A DNA stretch of 37,229 nt from Catajapyx aquilonaris (lineage: Eukaryota): assembly GCA_000934665.2 (NCBI GenBank), contig KZ538998.1, positions 1-37,229 on the forward strand, written 5' to 3'. Shown here piece by piece: positions 23,198 through 33,529 of this stretch. The number at the start of each line of letters is the position of its first letter. The first letter of the stretch is position 1. Below the pieces are notes generated by a model that was not told where the DNA came from, made no database searches, and saw nothing but the letters and a program-made list of their open reading frames with translations. The position numbers and the translations under genes were made by a program.

Positions 23198-23890
23198 ATA
23201 ATAACAAAAATGATGATGATGGGGATAGACTGTACTGTCACTGACGCTGAGGTATGTGTGACTTATGCTGCATTGCTTTCGAATTTGAAAGCAATCAGTT
23301 TATGTTAACTTGAATTTGCTTCAGCAGCCATGGCCCCACTTGGTACCAGCTGCCACCTAAGTTTTAATAATATGCAAGAATACCTGACTGACAAACTTGA
23401 TCAAGGGGTCCAGGAGGAGGAGGAGACAATGGGAACACACAGAGCTGGCAGTACCCCAGGTGTATACAAGAAAGTGCCCAAGGTGATAGTAATACAAGTA
23501 GACAGGTAAGAGGGAGAGTGTCTAAAATCCTACAATATAGGTGATTCCATACCATGAAAAGAAGTCAAGTTGCTGACCTGCAGTGTGCTTTTCTAGTGTC
23601 TTTGACATCCTGCAGTGCCCAAATGGCTCACAGCCAACAACATACCTTTATTTATTTGATTGCAGTTTCTCCTTCTGCATCCTCCTAAAGCCTAAGCTTG
23701 ACAGTAATATTCTTCAGCTAATAATCAGACACTGATCATGACTTTCATTCCCTCACGTTGCATTTCATTAACAAAATGACTGGCTTTACTTGCTCAATTA
23801 ATCACCATTTTGAAGGGGTGTTCAATAAATGAGTGAGTGTACCAGATAATTTTTAGCCAGCCCCCAGACACTCATACTACCTTCAGTTCT

Positions 23891-24184
23891 GCAGATGAAC
23901 CCTTTGAAGTGTACCATTTACTGTTTGAATGTACGGTCTTCCAATCTATCAAGAAGAAGTTTCTCCCTTACCCCAATATGTACCCGAGACATTATACACA
24001 CCTAATGTTCACCCATCTAACCAGCACGGAAATGTTTGAACTATTTAGATTCTTCCAAGCTACGTGCAAGAAGGCCATACTGTAAAATTGATGTATTAGT
24101 GCTGTTTATTTAAATTGCTGTTGTCTCCCCTCACATAGGCCAGAGGCCTCGCAGGGTACACTAAATAAAAAAAATAATAAAATA
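23891..24184 (+). mobile_element. Severely 5'-truncated LINE 3' end
   Basis: Encodes DEPFEVYHLLFECTVFQSIKKKFL... (H-X4-C half of the zinc knuckle), then 3'UTR, stem-loop AGGCCAGAGGCCT and A-rich tail; 15-bp TSD ACTACCTTCAGTTCT at 23876 and 24185. Confidence 0.88.
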
Positions 24185-24202
24185 ACTACCTTCAGTTCTT
24201 AT

Positions 24203-24497
24203 CACCTGCCGAGGAATTTTGCAGAGGGTGCTCACCTGAGAGGGCCATGAGACATCCAGAGTCTCAGAATAAGTGGCGACCCTACCGGACTAGGCTGAAC
24301 TTTATAGGTACGAAAGGGAAGCACTACATGCTGGCCCAACATGGCCGCCGGCACCCATGTTGGGTCCCCCATGTAGCGCTTCCCGTTCGCACCTATAAAG
24401 TTCAGCCTAGTCCGGTAGGGTCGCCACTTATCAGGAGACTCCGGATGTCTCATGGCACTCTCAGGTGAGCACCCCCTGCAAAATGCCTCGGCAGGGG
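24203..24497. repeat. GC-rich near-perfect palindrome (~135-bp arms, ~10-nt loop); unclassified foldback
   Basis: CCTGCCGAGG...GGCGACCCTACCGGACTAGGCTGAACTTTATAGG...CCCAACATGG pairs with CCATGTTGGG...CCTATAAAGTTCAGCCTAGTCCGGTAGGGTCGCC...CCTCGGCAGG. No recognisable TSD. Confidence 0.92.
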
Positions 24498-24992
24498 GTG
24501 GGTGGGAGTGACCAGACTTTACTTATATGACCATGTTTTTAGCACACAAGACCCCCACCCCCTTGCTGGCAATAAGAAGGAAGGGTCCATGCAACCTAAA
24601 TGAGCAGTTAATGTTTTTGGTAACCACTTCTTAAAAATAAGCAGCTTAGAGAAAAAAATGCAATCTCAAATAGACCTGTCAATTGGAACACACTGCCTCC
24701 TGGACATACATGATCAGAGCATGCAGGAAATAAATATTATGGTGGGAGAATAACAACTTTCATTACCTGACTCGATTTGACCCTTTAGCAAATATTGACC
24801 CAAAAACTCAATTTACCCATATGTAATGCTTATGTGATGACATGTGCCTAAGTGTAATACTGTACCTAAAACAAAATGTACCAAGTGTAAAGTATTTTAC
24901 TATTAACTGCACTGGCACAATATATTGTACCTTTACCAAATATTGACCCATGGAATACATTTAAATATGGACCTCATGAAAGCACTACTCTA

Positions 24993-25436
24993 CAGGGTGA
25001 AGGGAAACTCACGTACAATCGCCAGGTAAATTTATAGTAGGATACTCGCAAAATTAATACAGGAATGTGCAATTAGTTTTTGGCTCCGTTGCGTAGTTAA
25101 TGCGTATGGCATCCTTAAAGTGTAGAGGGCCGGATGGTGGAATATTAGGCAAAAACGCCAAAGTGCATGGGAGTCGTACCCGGATTCTTACTCTGATGGG
25201 ATTTCATCGCCTTTTGCACATGGACGATGTGTTAGGGATGTGCAAGGGACCGGAGACCCTTGAACTGACTTTTGCTTCTTAGAAGCTGGCGGAACAGATG
25301 TGATGTCACGAAACATTGACGGCGCTTTACACATTAACTATGCAACGGAGCCCAAAATTAATTGCACATTCCTATATTAGTTTTGCGAGTACTATAAGTT
25401 TACCTGGCGATTGTACGCGAGTTTCCCTTCACCCTG
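24993..25436. mobile_element. Tc1/mariner-type MITE family D (~110-bp TIRs)
   Basis: TA|CAGGGTGAAGGGAAACTC ... GAGTTTCCCTTCACCCTG|TA; related copies at 20288 and 33107. Confidence 0.92.
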
Positions 25437-25561
25437 TATGAGCAAAAATCTAAGCAGCACATAACAATATGCCAATTGAAAACTCAAGCTCAGTGTATCA
25501 AAACTAAACAACTGATGATATACTCAGGGTATAATTGATAATTTTTGACTGTAAAATTCTA

Positions 25562-25994
25562 CATGGTTCAGAAATTTAATCTACTGTGGCTTTGGGAAAT
25601 GATAGAGGGGTTCTAGGTGATAACTTTTAGTATACGCAACATGGGTCTCCGAATCATAGTTACGGAGATAATTAGCATTAAATAAGAAGTGCATTATCCC
25701 AGCTTATAGGTTTCCGATACTGCCTATGACACTTCCACCGCCTAGGCCATTCCCTGCTACACCTAACAGTATTGTAAATTAAAATTAAATTACATGGTAA
25801 CACCTTAAATTTAAACGGAAAAGGTAAGTTGTGTGGAGGGACGCATACATGCCAGGATATTTTATACCTTGTGTTTGAAGAACATTATCCCGGTAACTAT
25901 GCGACAGAGACCCATGTTGCATACACTCAAAGTGATCGTCTCGAACCCCTCTATCCTTTCGCAAAGCGACAGTAGGTTAAATTTCCAAACCCTG
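25562..25994. mobile_element. Tc1/mariner-type MITE (~110-bp degenerate TIRs)
   Basis: TA|CATGGTTCAGAAATTTAATCTACTGT...GCAACATGGGTCTC pairs with GAGACCCATGTTGC...ACAGTAGGTTAAATTTCCAAACCCTG|TA. Confidence 0.8.
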
Positions 25995-26465
25995 TATATC
26001 AAGTTCAGGTGGGTGAAGGGTATGGATGGGAGGCTGTACTTGTGCACATTTTTCCTTGCACTTCCTGAAGCAAGTTATGTTGTTGCATGAGAGGCCTCCA
26101 TCGGGCCACGAACATGTGCTCATAAGTTTGGAATTGGTGTCAATCGTGACCACTCAGCCACACTGCTTCCCAACACATTTCTTTTCCACAAGCATGAGCA
26201 AAAAATACAGCCAACCTGAAATCAACTCTGGCCATGAAATCAGGGCAAGCTACACAAAATCAGGAAAGGTCAATCCAAGGTTTCCAACAATAAAAAAGGT
26301 AGGAAGTCAATAACATGGTTAGGAGAAGAAATTCAAGTTGTTGTGCAATATTTGCCAATCTTCTGGCTTGGCTACTTTTTTGAGGAATCCCAGACAGAAG
26401 CTGTCAGGTAGGTGGGCTTCTTAACAGGTTCCTTTGCATACACATGTGTGTCCTTTTTTTATATA

Positions 26466-27598
26466 CATGGTAGAATCAAAAAATTCCTGGAATATCCTGA
26501 TTACTCAGATACCTTGGGAAGTAGAGAGACATGCTTTTAAGTGTATCTGCACACAATCCTAATGAGTCAGTGTGCCAAGTGGCATTGTCATATGTACAAT
26601 CCAGCTCATAAAGAATGGTACGACTCTATGGATGAAATGTTTATCCCGACTCTCCAGCATTTATTTCCAACCTAATTTCGTCGTGACCCTCTTGACCTTT
26701 CCTGGACCTCTGGTGACCCATATGACCCCATCCCCCCATCCCGGTTTTTTCCAAAAAAATTTATTACCAAAATGTGGAACCTTGTACAATGCTTACGTAA
26801 ATTTGGGATGAATTTCCCTCCTAAAATTTTCCTACTTTGCTTTTCTCTCTCTCTTTTTTTCTTAAATTTAATTCCCTTTTCCTGGCCTTCCTCATGTCCC
26901 CTAAAAACATGCTGGTGACCCAGGGGTTGGGAACAGGTTAAACATTCTTTCAATAGAGCCGTACCATTCTTTATGAGCGGTACTGTACAGTCTCGTTCAT
27001 AAAGAATGGTACAACTCCATGGACGAAATGTTTATCTTGATTATCCAGCATTATTCCCGACCTTATTTTGACGAAACCCTATGGATAACCTTTTATGGAC
27101 CTCCGGTGACACGTATGACCCATCCCGATTTTAAAAATAAAATTCTTAATTACCAAAATGTTCAACCAGGTGCAATGCTTATGTACATTTGATGTGAATT
27201 TCCCCCCTAAAATTTTCCTACTTCACTTTGTTTTTTTCTTATATTTTTTTCTTATTATTTTGATTCCCTTTTCCCAGACTTCCTCATGACTCCTACAAAC
27301 ATGCTAGCAACCCAGGGGTTGAGAACAGGATGAACATTCTGTCCATATACAGACGTACCATTCTAGTACTGTACTTGCCAAACTTTATGCACAACCTTTT
27401 GCGCGGCCATTGTGGATGGACGGGAAGATGTACCGTGTGTTTACAAAAGCATGTGCAAGACAGGTTCTGATATAGAACAATGCCACTTGGCAAACTGACT
27501 CATTAGGATTGTGTGCAGATACACCTAAAAGAGTGACTCTGTACTGCTCAAGGTAGCAGAGTAATTGGTAATTTCTGGGAACTTTTTGATCGTAGGAG
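26466..27598. mobile_element. Mariner-derived foldback (two 5' ends) hosting a tandem MITE pair
   Basis: Arms of about 130 bp (ATCAAAAAATTCC..., GTGTATCTGCACACAATCCTAATGAGTCAG and its reverse complement). Minus-strand spacer reads ATG GCC GCG CAA..RLCIKFGK, resembling a mariner N-terminus (QRxCIKF). Confidence 0.72.
26597..27371. mobile_element. Two tandem copies (26597-26985, 26988-27371) of a Tc1-like MITE sharing a central TA
   Basis: Each begins CA(A/G)T..G(C/T)TCATAAAGAATGGTAC and ends GTACCATTCT...ACTG|TA; junction ACTG-TA-CAGT; bodies collinear but diverged. Confidence 0.85.
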
Positions 27599-27695
27599 TA
27601 TATCCTTACTCCATAATACTGCACCAATGTTATTCCAGTATTATTTGAGAACCTATGATCTGAAAATGAGTTCCTGGACATGCCACCACTTTACC

Positions 27696-27697
<2 letters not shown>

Positions 27698-27749
<52 letters not shown>

Positions 27750-28186
27750 GTATAGGCCTACCCCGTGATAGGCTCCTTGGGCCTTTCAGGGGATCATCTT
27801 TTAATATATTGTTTGCTTGCTTGTTTGTAATACCCTGTGATATGGCTAGGGGGGAAAGGGGAGGTTCCCAAGGGAGTGAAGTAGTCATTTCTGACCCTCT
27901 TAAATACCAAACCTTTTCTCTTGGCCCTGGGCAGAGAAGGGAGTGCAATTCTGCCTGGACATGTCGGGTGAAAAGCGGAAAACGACCCGACCAACCAAAG
28001 GTGACAGGGACGGGATTTGAACCCTGGACCTCCCGCTTGGCTGGCCAGTAGCATAGCCACTAGACCACCATGCCCCCCACCCCCCCCCTCATCTTTTAAT
28101 TAACTGACTTTATTCATTGCCTGTGCTGTGATGGATTTTGATTGTGGGAGGAAATGGGAGAGCCCTGAGAAAACCCACGCGAACAC
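27698..28186 (-). mobile_element. V-domain SINE (family C), 5'-truncated, interrupted by SINE B; (TTA)n tail at 27698-27749
   Basis: 28094-28186 and 27759-27805 are reverse complements of the 3' half and tail of the 28748-29032 copy. Confidence 0.82.
27806..28088 (-). mobile_element. SINE family B (tRNA-Gly(GCC)-like head), full length
   Basis: Head GCATGGTGGTCTAGTGG...GCCAGCCAAGCGGGAGGTCCAGGGTTCAAATCCCG with A and B boxes; 12-bp TSD TCATCTTTTAAT at 27794 and 28089. Confidence 0.9.
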
Positions 28187-28199
28187 CTTCCCTTCAAAG

Positions 28200-29085
28200 C
28201 TACTCTCATTATCGCGACCTGCGCCCTAACTGTGCCCTGCTTATTATTTCGATTATTATCTATACCAATTAAAATTACCTGTTTAATGTCCAATCTACGG
28301 CACCTCTCTCCCAGATTGTTTTTATTGGGTCGAACACTTTATTTTGACTCTGTGACGGATTGCATGTGGTGCAACATAAAGGTACCATTCACTCCTTACC
28401 ACCATCTATATGTTTGCCCTTTTTTCCTCACTCCTCATCATTCCTTCCTCCACAACGTTCCTGGTTTACCCCTAGACCACTACCATTTATTGTTTAATCA
28501 CTTACCCAAAGACATGACCTTCAATATGAACAATTCCCTGAAGAATGTACTCAAGAGGAACGACTAATGGAGGATTTCTTTACATTTTTTTGGTGGGTAT
28601 GTTCCCGATTTGTTCCCTAATTGATGTGGGCTTAATCACTGTACTTTTTCTCATATTCTCTTGTTTCTCTTTCTCACCATTGTACTTGATCTACTTTATT
28701 GCTGTTTTGGAGCTGTGTTCCCACCCCTGCCCTATCACAGGGTATTCGGGCAACACGGTGGCGGAGTGGTTAGCGCCGCAGCCTTCCACCTCTAAGGTCC
28801 AGAGTTTGATCCCCAGATCGGACAGAGGATACTTATGTGGACAGAGTTTCGATGGGTTCTCTCCGTGTTTGCGTGGGTTTTCTAGGGGTTCTCCCGTTTC
28901 CTCCTGCTATCAAAATCCATCACAGCAAAGGCAATGATTAAAGTCAGTTAATTAAAATCCCATAAAAAGCCCAAGGAGGCTTATCACGGGGTATCCATTA
29001 TTATTATTATCATCATCATCATCATCATCATCACATTATCACAGGGTGTGTAAATAAATAAATAAATAAATATATAAATAAATAT
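28200..29085 (+). mobile_element. LINE 3' end (zinc knuckle, 3'UTR, (TAAA)n tail), tail interrupted by a V-SINE
   Basis: ORF 28232..28567 contains CMWCNIKVPFTPYHHLYVC (C-X2-C...H-X4-C), similar to the 16.85-kb LINE end; T-rich UTR ends CCCTATCACAGGGT; (TAAA)n resumes after 29048. Start approximate. Confidence 0.75.
28748..29032 (+). mobile_element. V-domain SINE (family C), full length
   Basis: tRNA-like head GGGCAACACGGTGGCGGAGTGGTTAGC...GAGTTTGATCCC; central GAGTTT..GTTCTCTCCGTGTTTGCGTGGGTTTTCTAGGGGTTCTCCCGTTTCCTCC resembles the V-SINE conserved domain; (ATT)n(ATC)n tail; flanking repeat TATCACAGGGT at 28733 and 29037. Confidence 0.85.
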
Positions 29086-29284
29086 TATCATCATTATCAT
29101 CATTATTTGAGGAGGTGGCTGCCAAAAGTGGCTATCTTCGCCCAGCCTCATTCCAAGAAAATGCCCCATTTTTAGTTTTGAGTTATGTAGCTAAAAATTT
29201 ATTAATTTGATAATGCCATTATCGAGAGCTTAGGTTTCTGTCATGATTGGTGGAATTCAACAAAATATTCTTTACCTATTGATT

Positions 29285-30616
29285 TACTATCCGTTTATTT
29301 AATATAGGCCTCTGTGTTTGCCACGAAACAACTCCCCGGCAAATTATCCAAAAAATTAATGTTATATATCGTAGGAAAGCTGGTTTAAATCCACGTTACA
29401 TATATGCGAGTTAGTTTCCTATCATCAGTGTGTAATTTTTTATCGCAAGAAGAAGGCGAAAAGGTGTCATTTTTTGACTAGTTGCCGGCGTTATGCAGCA
29501 AAATGAATTTTTTTCTGGCACTTCTCGGAGGCCTAAAAAATTCCCCTGTAAACCCTGGATAGTCCAAATCCTCGTCTATTTACTGATATATTTGAAAATT
29601 AGGAATCGCCATTTGTGTAATCATAATTAAGTTTTTAAAAATATATAGGCCTATATACGAGTATAAATATTAACCCCGAGATAGGGTGGAGCCCTTTTAG
29701 GGGGGAAGGGGAGATTCCCAAGGGAGGGCTCTGTGCGGTAGTCATTTCTGACATTCTTTACACACCAGGTCTTTTCTCCTGGCCCTGGGCAGAGTAAAGA
29801 GTGCAATTCTGCCCCGGCACGTTGGGTGAAAAGCGGAAAAAGACCCAGCCAAGCAGAGGTGATGGGGACTGGATTTGAACCCCGGCCTCCCACTTGGCTG
29901 GCCAGTGGCGTAACCACCAGACCACCATGCCTATCATAATTAAGTTAATTGCAGACCTCTGTTATCTGGGCCATTTATAATCCGAATTACTTCGCAAATG
30001 TACTGATGAAAAGCCAGAAATGTATGTGATAAAGTTAAACAGTGCTCTATTACACTAAAATTTTTAGAAGTATTGGTTTATTAAGTTTAATAGGAAAGTA
30101 CCCAACCCGCTTTCTGGCGGGAATAGATGGTGATACTTTTAAATACGTTTAAAAAATTTAGTGTAAAAGAGCATGGTGTAATTTTATCACGCACGTTTCT
30201 GGCTTGCTGTCGATGCATTTGCGAAGTAATTCAGATTATAAACGGTCGAGATAACGGAGGTGTGCAATTAACTTAATTATGATTACACAAATGGCGATTT
30301 ATAATTTTCAAATATATCATTAGATAGACAAGGATTTTCACTATCTAGGGTTCACAGGGGAACTTTTTGGCCTCTGAGAAGTGTCAGAAAAACATTCATT
30401 TTGCGGCGTAACATCAGCAACTAGTCGAAAAATGACACCTTTTCGCCTTCTTCTTGTGATGAAAAATGACACACTGATGATAGGAAACTAACTTGCATAT
30501 ATGTAACGCGGATTTAAACCATCTTTCCAACGATATACAACATTAATTTTTTTGATCATTTTCCTGGGAGTTGTTTCGAGTCAAACACAGGGGCCTATTT
30601 AAATAAACGGATAGTA
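29285..30616. repeat. Large internal foldback (arms about 470 bp after SINE removal, spacer about 80 nt)
   Basis: TACTATCCGTTTATTTAA...AAGAAGAAGGCGAAAAGGTGTCATTTTT...TACACTAAAATTTTTA pairs with 30150-30616. Confidence 0.92.
29634..29932 (-). mobile_element. SINE family B, full length, inserted in the foldback left arm
   Basis: tRNA-Gly-like head at 29870-29931; 14-bp TSD ATCATAATTAAGTT at 29620 and 29933; the right arm shows the empty site. Confidence 0.93.
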
Positions 30617-30897
30617 GTGCCTGATGAAAATTTGAAGATAGCCATTTTTGACCTCTTTCTGAACAGCTGACTTTTGACGGGAGCAGGTATCTTTTCCTGT
30701 TGTGAAGCGTAGGTTTTAAACTGAAATTTGAATTTCCTGAAGTAGGTAAATAAAACCAAATAATATCCATCCTCTGCACACCTATTCACCAAAGTTTTGA
30801 TCTACAAACATCACATTCCTTTCAATGAACAGTGCGAGAATGTCTGCGAGTCGGATTTGTACGTAACTGCATCCTTGCTAAACAGTGCATATGCAGT

Positions 30898-30931
30898 GAT
30901 GATGATAATAATAATAATAATGATGATGATG

Positions 30932-31015
<84 letters not shown>
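30898..31015. repeat. (GAT)n/(AAT)n compound microsatellite
   Basis: Read directly. Confidence 0.97.
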
Positions 31016-31672
31016 GCCTCTAGTGTAATGATGCTGTGCCAATGAACTGCTTTTGTCATGCCGGTTTGATTAAATGCATGGCAGAAAGTTGTTCCCAAAT
31101 TATTAATTTAATCATAAAGTATTAATGTTGAACTTGGTGTCGGTAACATATGCAGAAGTGAAAATAGAGGTATAAAATTATAAATTATCATGGGGAGCCT
31201 TAGGAGCGCATTTGTAAGTACGGATTGCAGTAATTCTGGTCATTCGTAAACTGGAGTTTCCTGTCATTGTCACTGTTGGCAAAATAAGTGCCCTCGTGGA
31301 GAAAATCCTAGGGAAAAACGCAAAGGAGCGATTCATCTGGAATGATGCAATACTGTCATCGGCCGAAGATAGCTGACTTTGGCAATTACATTTGACGGTG
31401 GATGATAAGATACATAAAAAATAATAATAATAAATCACATTTGACGAAGAGAGCCAACTTTGACTAATTTGCCAGATTTCCACCTCTTGTTATGGCCCCA
31501 AGAAAACTCATTTCTATCTGGCTCTTTCGCTCATTTGGTGAGTCTTTACTCTAAGATTGTAATGGTGGTGTTATCTCGACAAACAAACGACAAAAAGGAA
31601 GGTAGGCACTTTTGGCAGCCACCTCCTCATTATTTGTGCCTTCTACTAAAATGGGAATTATGTGGGTTAATG

Positions 31673-32403
31673 CAGGGTGGGGCATAAGTCATAGGCGGAT
31701 AAAAACGATGCAGCATGGCGTAAGTAATGAACAATTATATATTTTTTAAATTACACTACACAGAGAATGGTATGCCATTTATGGATCAAGGTCCAAAAAA
31801 GTCACTTCTTGAAAACACCACTGGATAGATGTCCACCTTTGCGGGCAACACATTCCTCCAAGCACCGGATGAAACCCTTCATAACGCACTCCAGGATGTC
31901 CACGGGAATGTTTCTCACGGCGTGTCTTATCTGATCCTTAAGATCAGCCAATGACTGAGGATGTGGGGCGAACACCAAACAAATTAAAAGTCAAGTGTTT
32001 CCCGGGCGAGTCATTTCGAGATTTGGGGACATTCCATGGCCAACACTGTCGCCGGATTTGACGACCCCCAACTTCTTCTTGTGTGGGTACCTGAAGAGTT
32101 TGGTGTTCACCACACATCCTCAGTCATTGCCTGATCTTAAGGATCAGATAAGACACACCATGAGAAACATTCCCCTGGACATGCTGGAGCACGTTATGAA
32201 GGGTTTCGTCCAGCGCTTGGAGGAATGTTGCCCACAAAGGTGGACATCTATCCGGTGTTGTTTTCAATAAGTGACTTTTTTGGACCTTGATCCAAAAATC
32301 GCATATCTTTCTCTGTGTAGTGTAATTTTAAAAAAATATAATCGTTCGTTACTTACGCCATGCTGCAACGTTTTTATCTGGCCATGACTTTTGCCCCACC
32401 CTG
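31673..32403. mobile_element. Tc1/mariner foldback made of two inverted 3' ends (~305-bp arms)
   Basis: CAGGGTGGGGCA ... TGCCCCACCCTG|TA; arm 31673-31978 pairs with 32098-32403. Confidence 0.93.
31995..32270 (+). pseudogene. Tc1/mariner-superfamily transposase C-terminal remnant
   Basis: FPGRVISRFGDIPWPTLSPDLTTPNFFLCGYLKSLVF...LPDLKDQI...FVQRLEEC matches the WPxxSPDLxPxDFFLWGYLK motif; the last catalytic D is replaced by N. Confidence 0.9.
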
Positions 32404-32751
32404 TATATTGTCTACATTTATCAAGTGGGAGGTAGGCTGAGAGTGATGGCAGCAGATCGTGTGCCCCAGAATAGCCATTGAGAGGCATGCCAGGGCATGC
32501 TCCGGGCTCCTAGTGCCCCCTGGCCTGTGAGATAATCCCTTCCATCAGATTACCCGGTCTTCAAGCAGCAGCCATTTGTAAAACTCAATCCTGTGTCAAC
32601 CACCTTGGAAAGAGGTTTGAGCGAGTAATATTTCTTAAACCATGTGAGTTGTTGGGCACACTTACATTATGGATACTGATCAATGTTGGAACATGGTTCA
32701 ATCCTGACTCGATCCAAAATGACTCATGATCTGTCATTAAGGGTAGATATA

Positions 32752-33529
32752 CAGGGTGTAAATGAATTCAACCGACAAACTTCTAGGGGTGATAGAGGGG
32801 ACCAAGATAAACATATTTCATATAGGAACCTGTGTCTAAAACGCCATCTAGAGGGGGTCAATAGGCAAGGAACAGGACCGTTAAAACATGTCAGGCGCTA
32901 AGCGAGAGGACTGACAAACTTCCAGGGGTAATAGAGGGGACCAAGAGAAACATATTTCATAGAGGATCCTGTGTCCTGAAATGTCATATAGAGAGGGTCA
33001 ATAGACAAGGAATGGGAGCACCACACACGTTTCCGGACATGGGTTCCTGTATGAAATATGATTGTCTTGGTCCCCTCTATTACCCCTAGAAGTTTGCCGG
33101 TTGAACCGGGGGAAACTTGGGCCAAATTGCCAGGTGGACTGATGGTACTCGTAAAACTAATATAGGGATGTGCAATTAGTTTTTTGCTCTGTTGAATAGT
33201 TAATGCGTACTGAACGTGACGTCACATCCGTTCCGCCTGCTTCTAAGAAGCAAAAGTCAGTTCAAGGGTCTCCGGTCCCTTGCCTTGGTCCCCTAACACA
33301 CGCCCATGTGCAATAGGTGATCAAATCCAGTCAGAGTAAGAATATGGCTACGACACTTGTGCACTTTGTCGTTTTTACCTCGTATTTTACCATCCAGCCC
33401 TCTACACTTGAAAGGTGCCATACACATTAACTACGCAAATGAGCCAAACACTAATTGCACATCCCTATATTAGTTTTGCGAGTACTATCAGTCTACCTGG
33501 CAATTTGGTGCGAGTTTCCCTTCACCCTG
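32752..33529. mobile_element. Chimeric CAGGGTG MITE: family E (32752-33106) fused to an inverted family D copy (33107-33529)
   Basis: Outer TA|CAGGGTG ... CACCCTG|TA. The E part has a ~105-bp direct repeat (32772, 32912) and an inverted copy (33030-33106). Both inner termini are missing at the junction. Confidence 0.82.

Larger units (their letters stand above)
29109..31628. mobile_element. 2.5-kb non-autonomous DNA transposon with 22-bp perfect TIRs (superfamily uncertain)
   Basis: GAGGAGGTGGCTGCCAAAAGTG ... CACTTTTGGCAGCCACCTCCTC; flanking repeat ATTATTT (7 bp), or CATTATTTG (9 bp) if the terminal G/C are counted as target. Confidence 0.75.

Noticed and set aside
24232..24468. Near-identical 73-aa ORFs on both strands (MRHPES...)
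   Set aside because: An automatic consequence of the palindrome; no coding evidence.
26597..27371. CRISPR-like or satellite array
   Set aside because: Only two long TIR-bounded units; no repeat-spacer periodicity or cas genes anywhere in the window.
30003..30490. Hammerhead-ribozyme-like CTGATGA...GAAA cores at about 30003 and 30474 (also 8211 on the minus strand)
   Set aside because: No pairable stem II between the motifs and no stems I/III.
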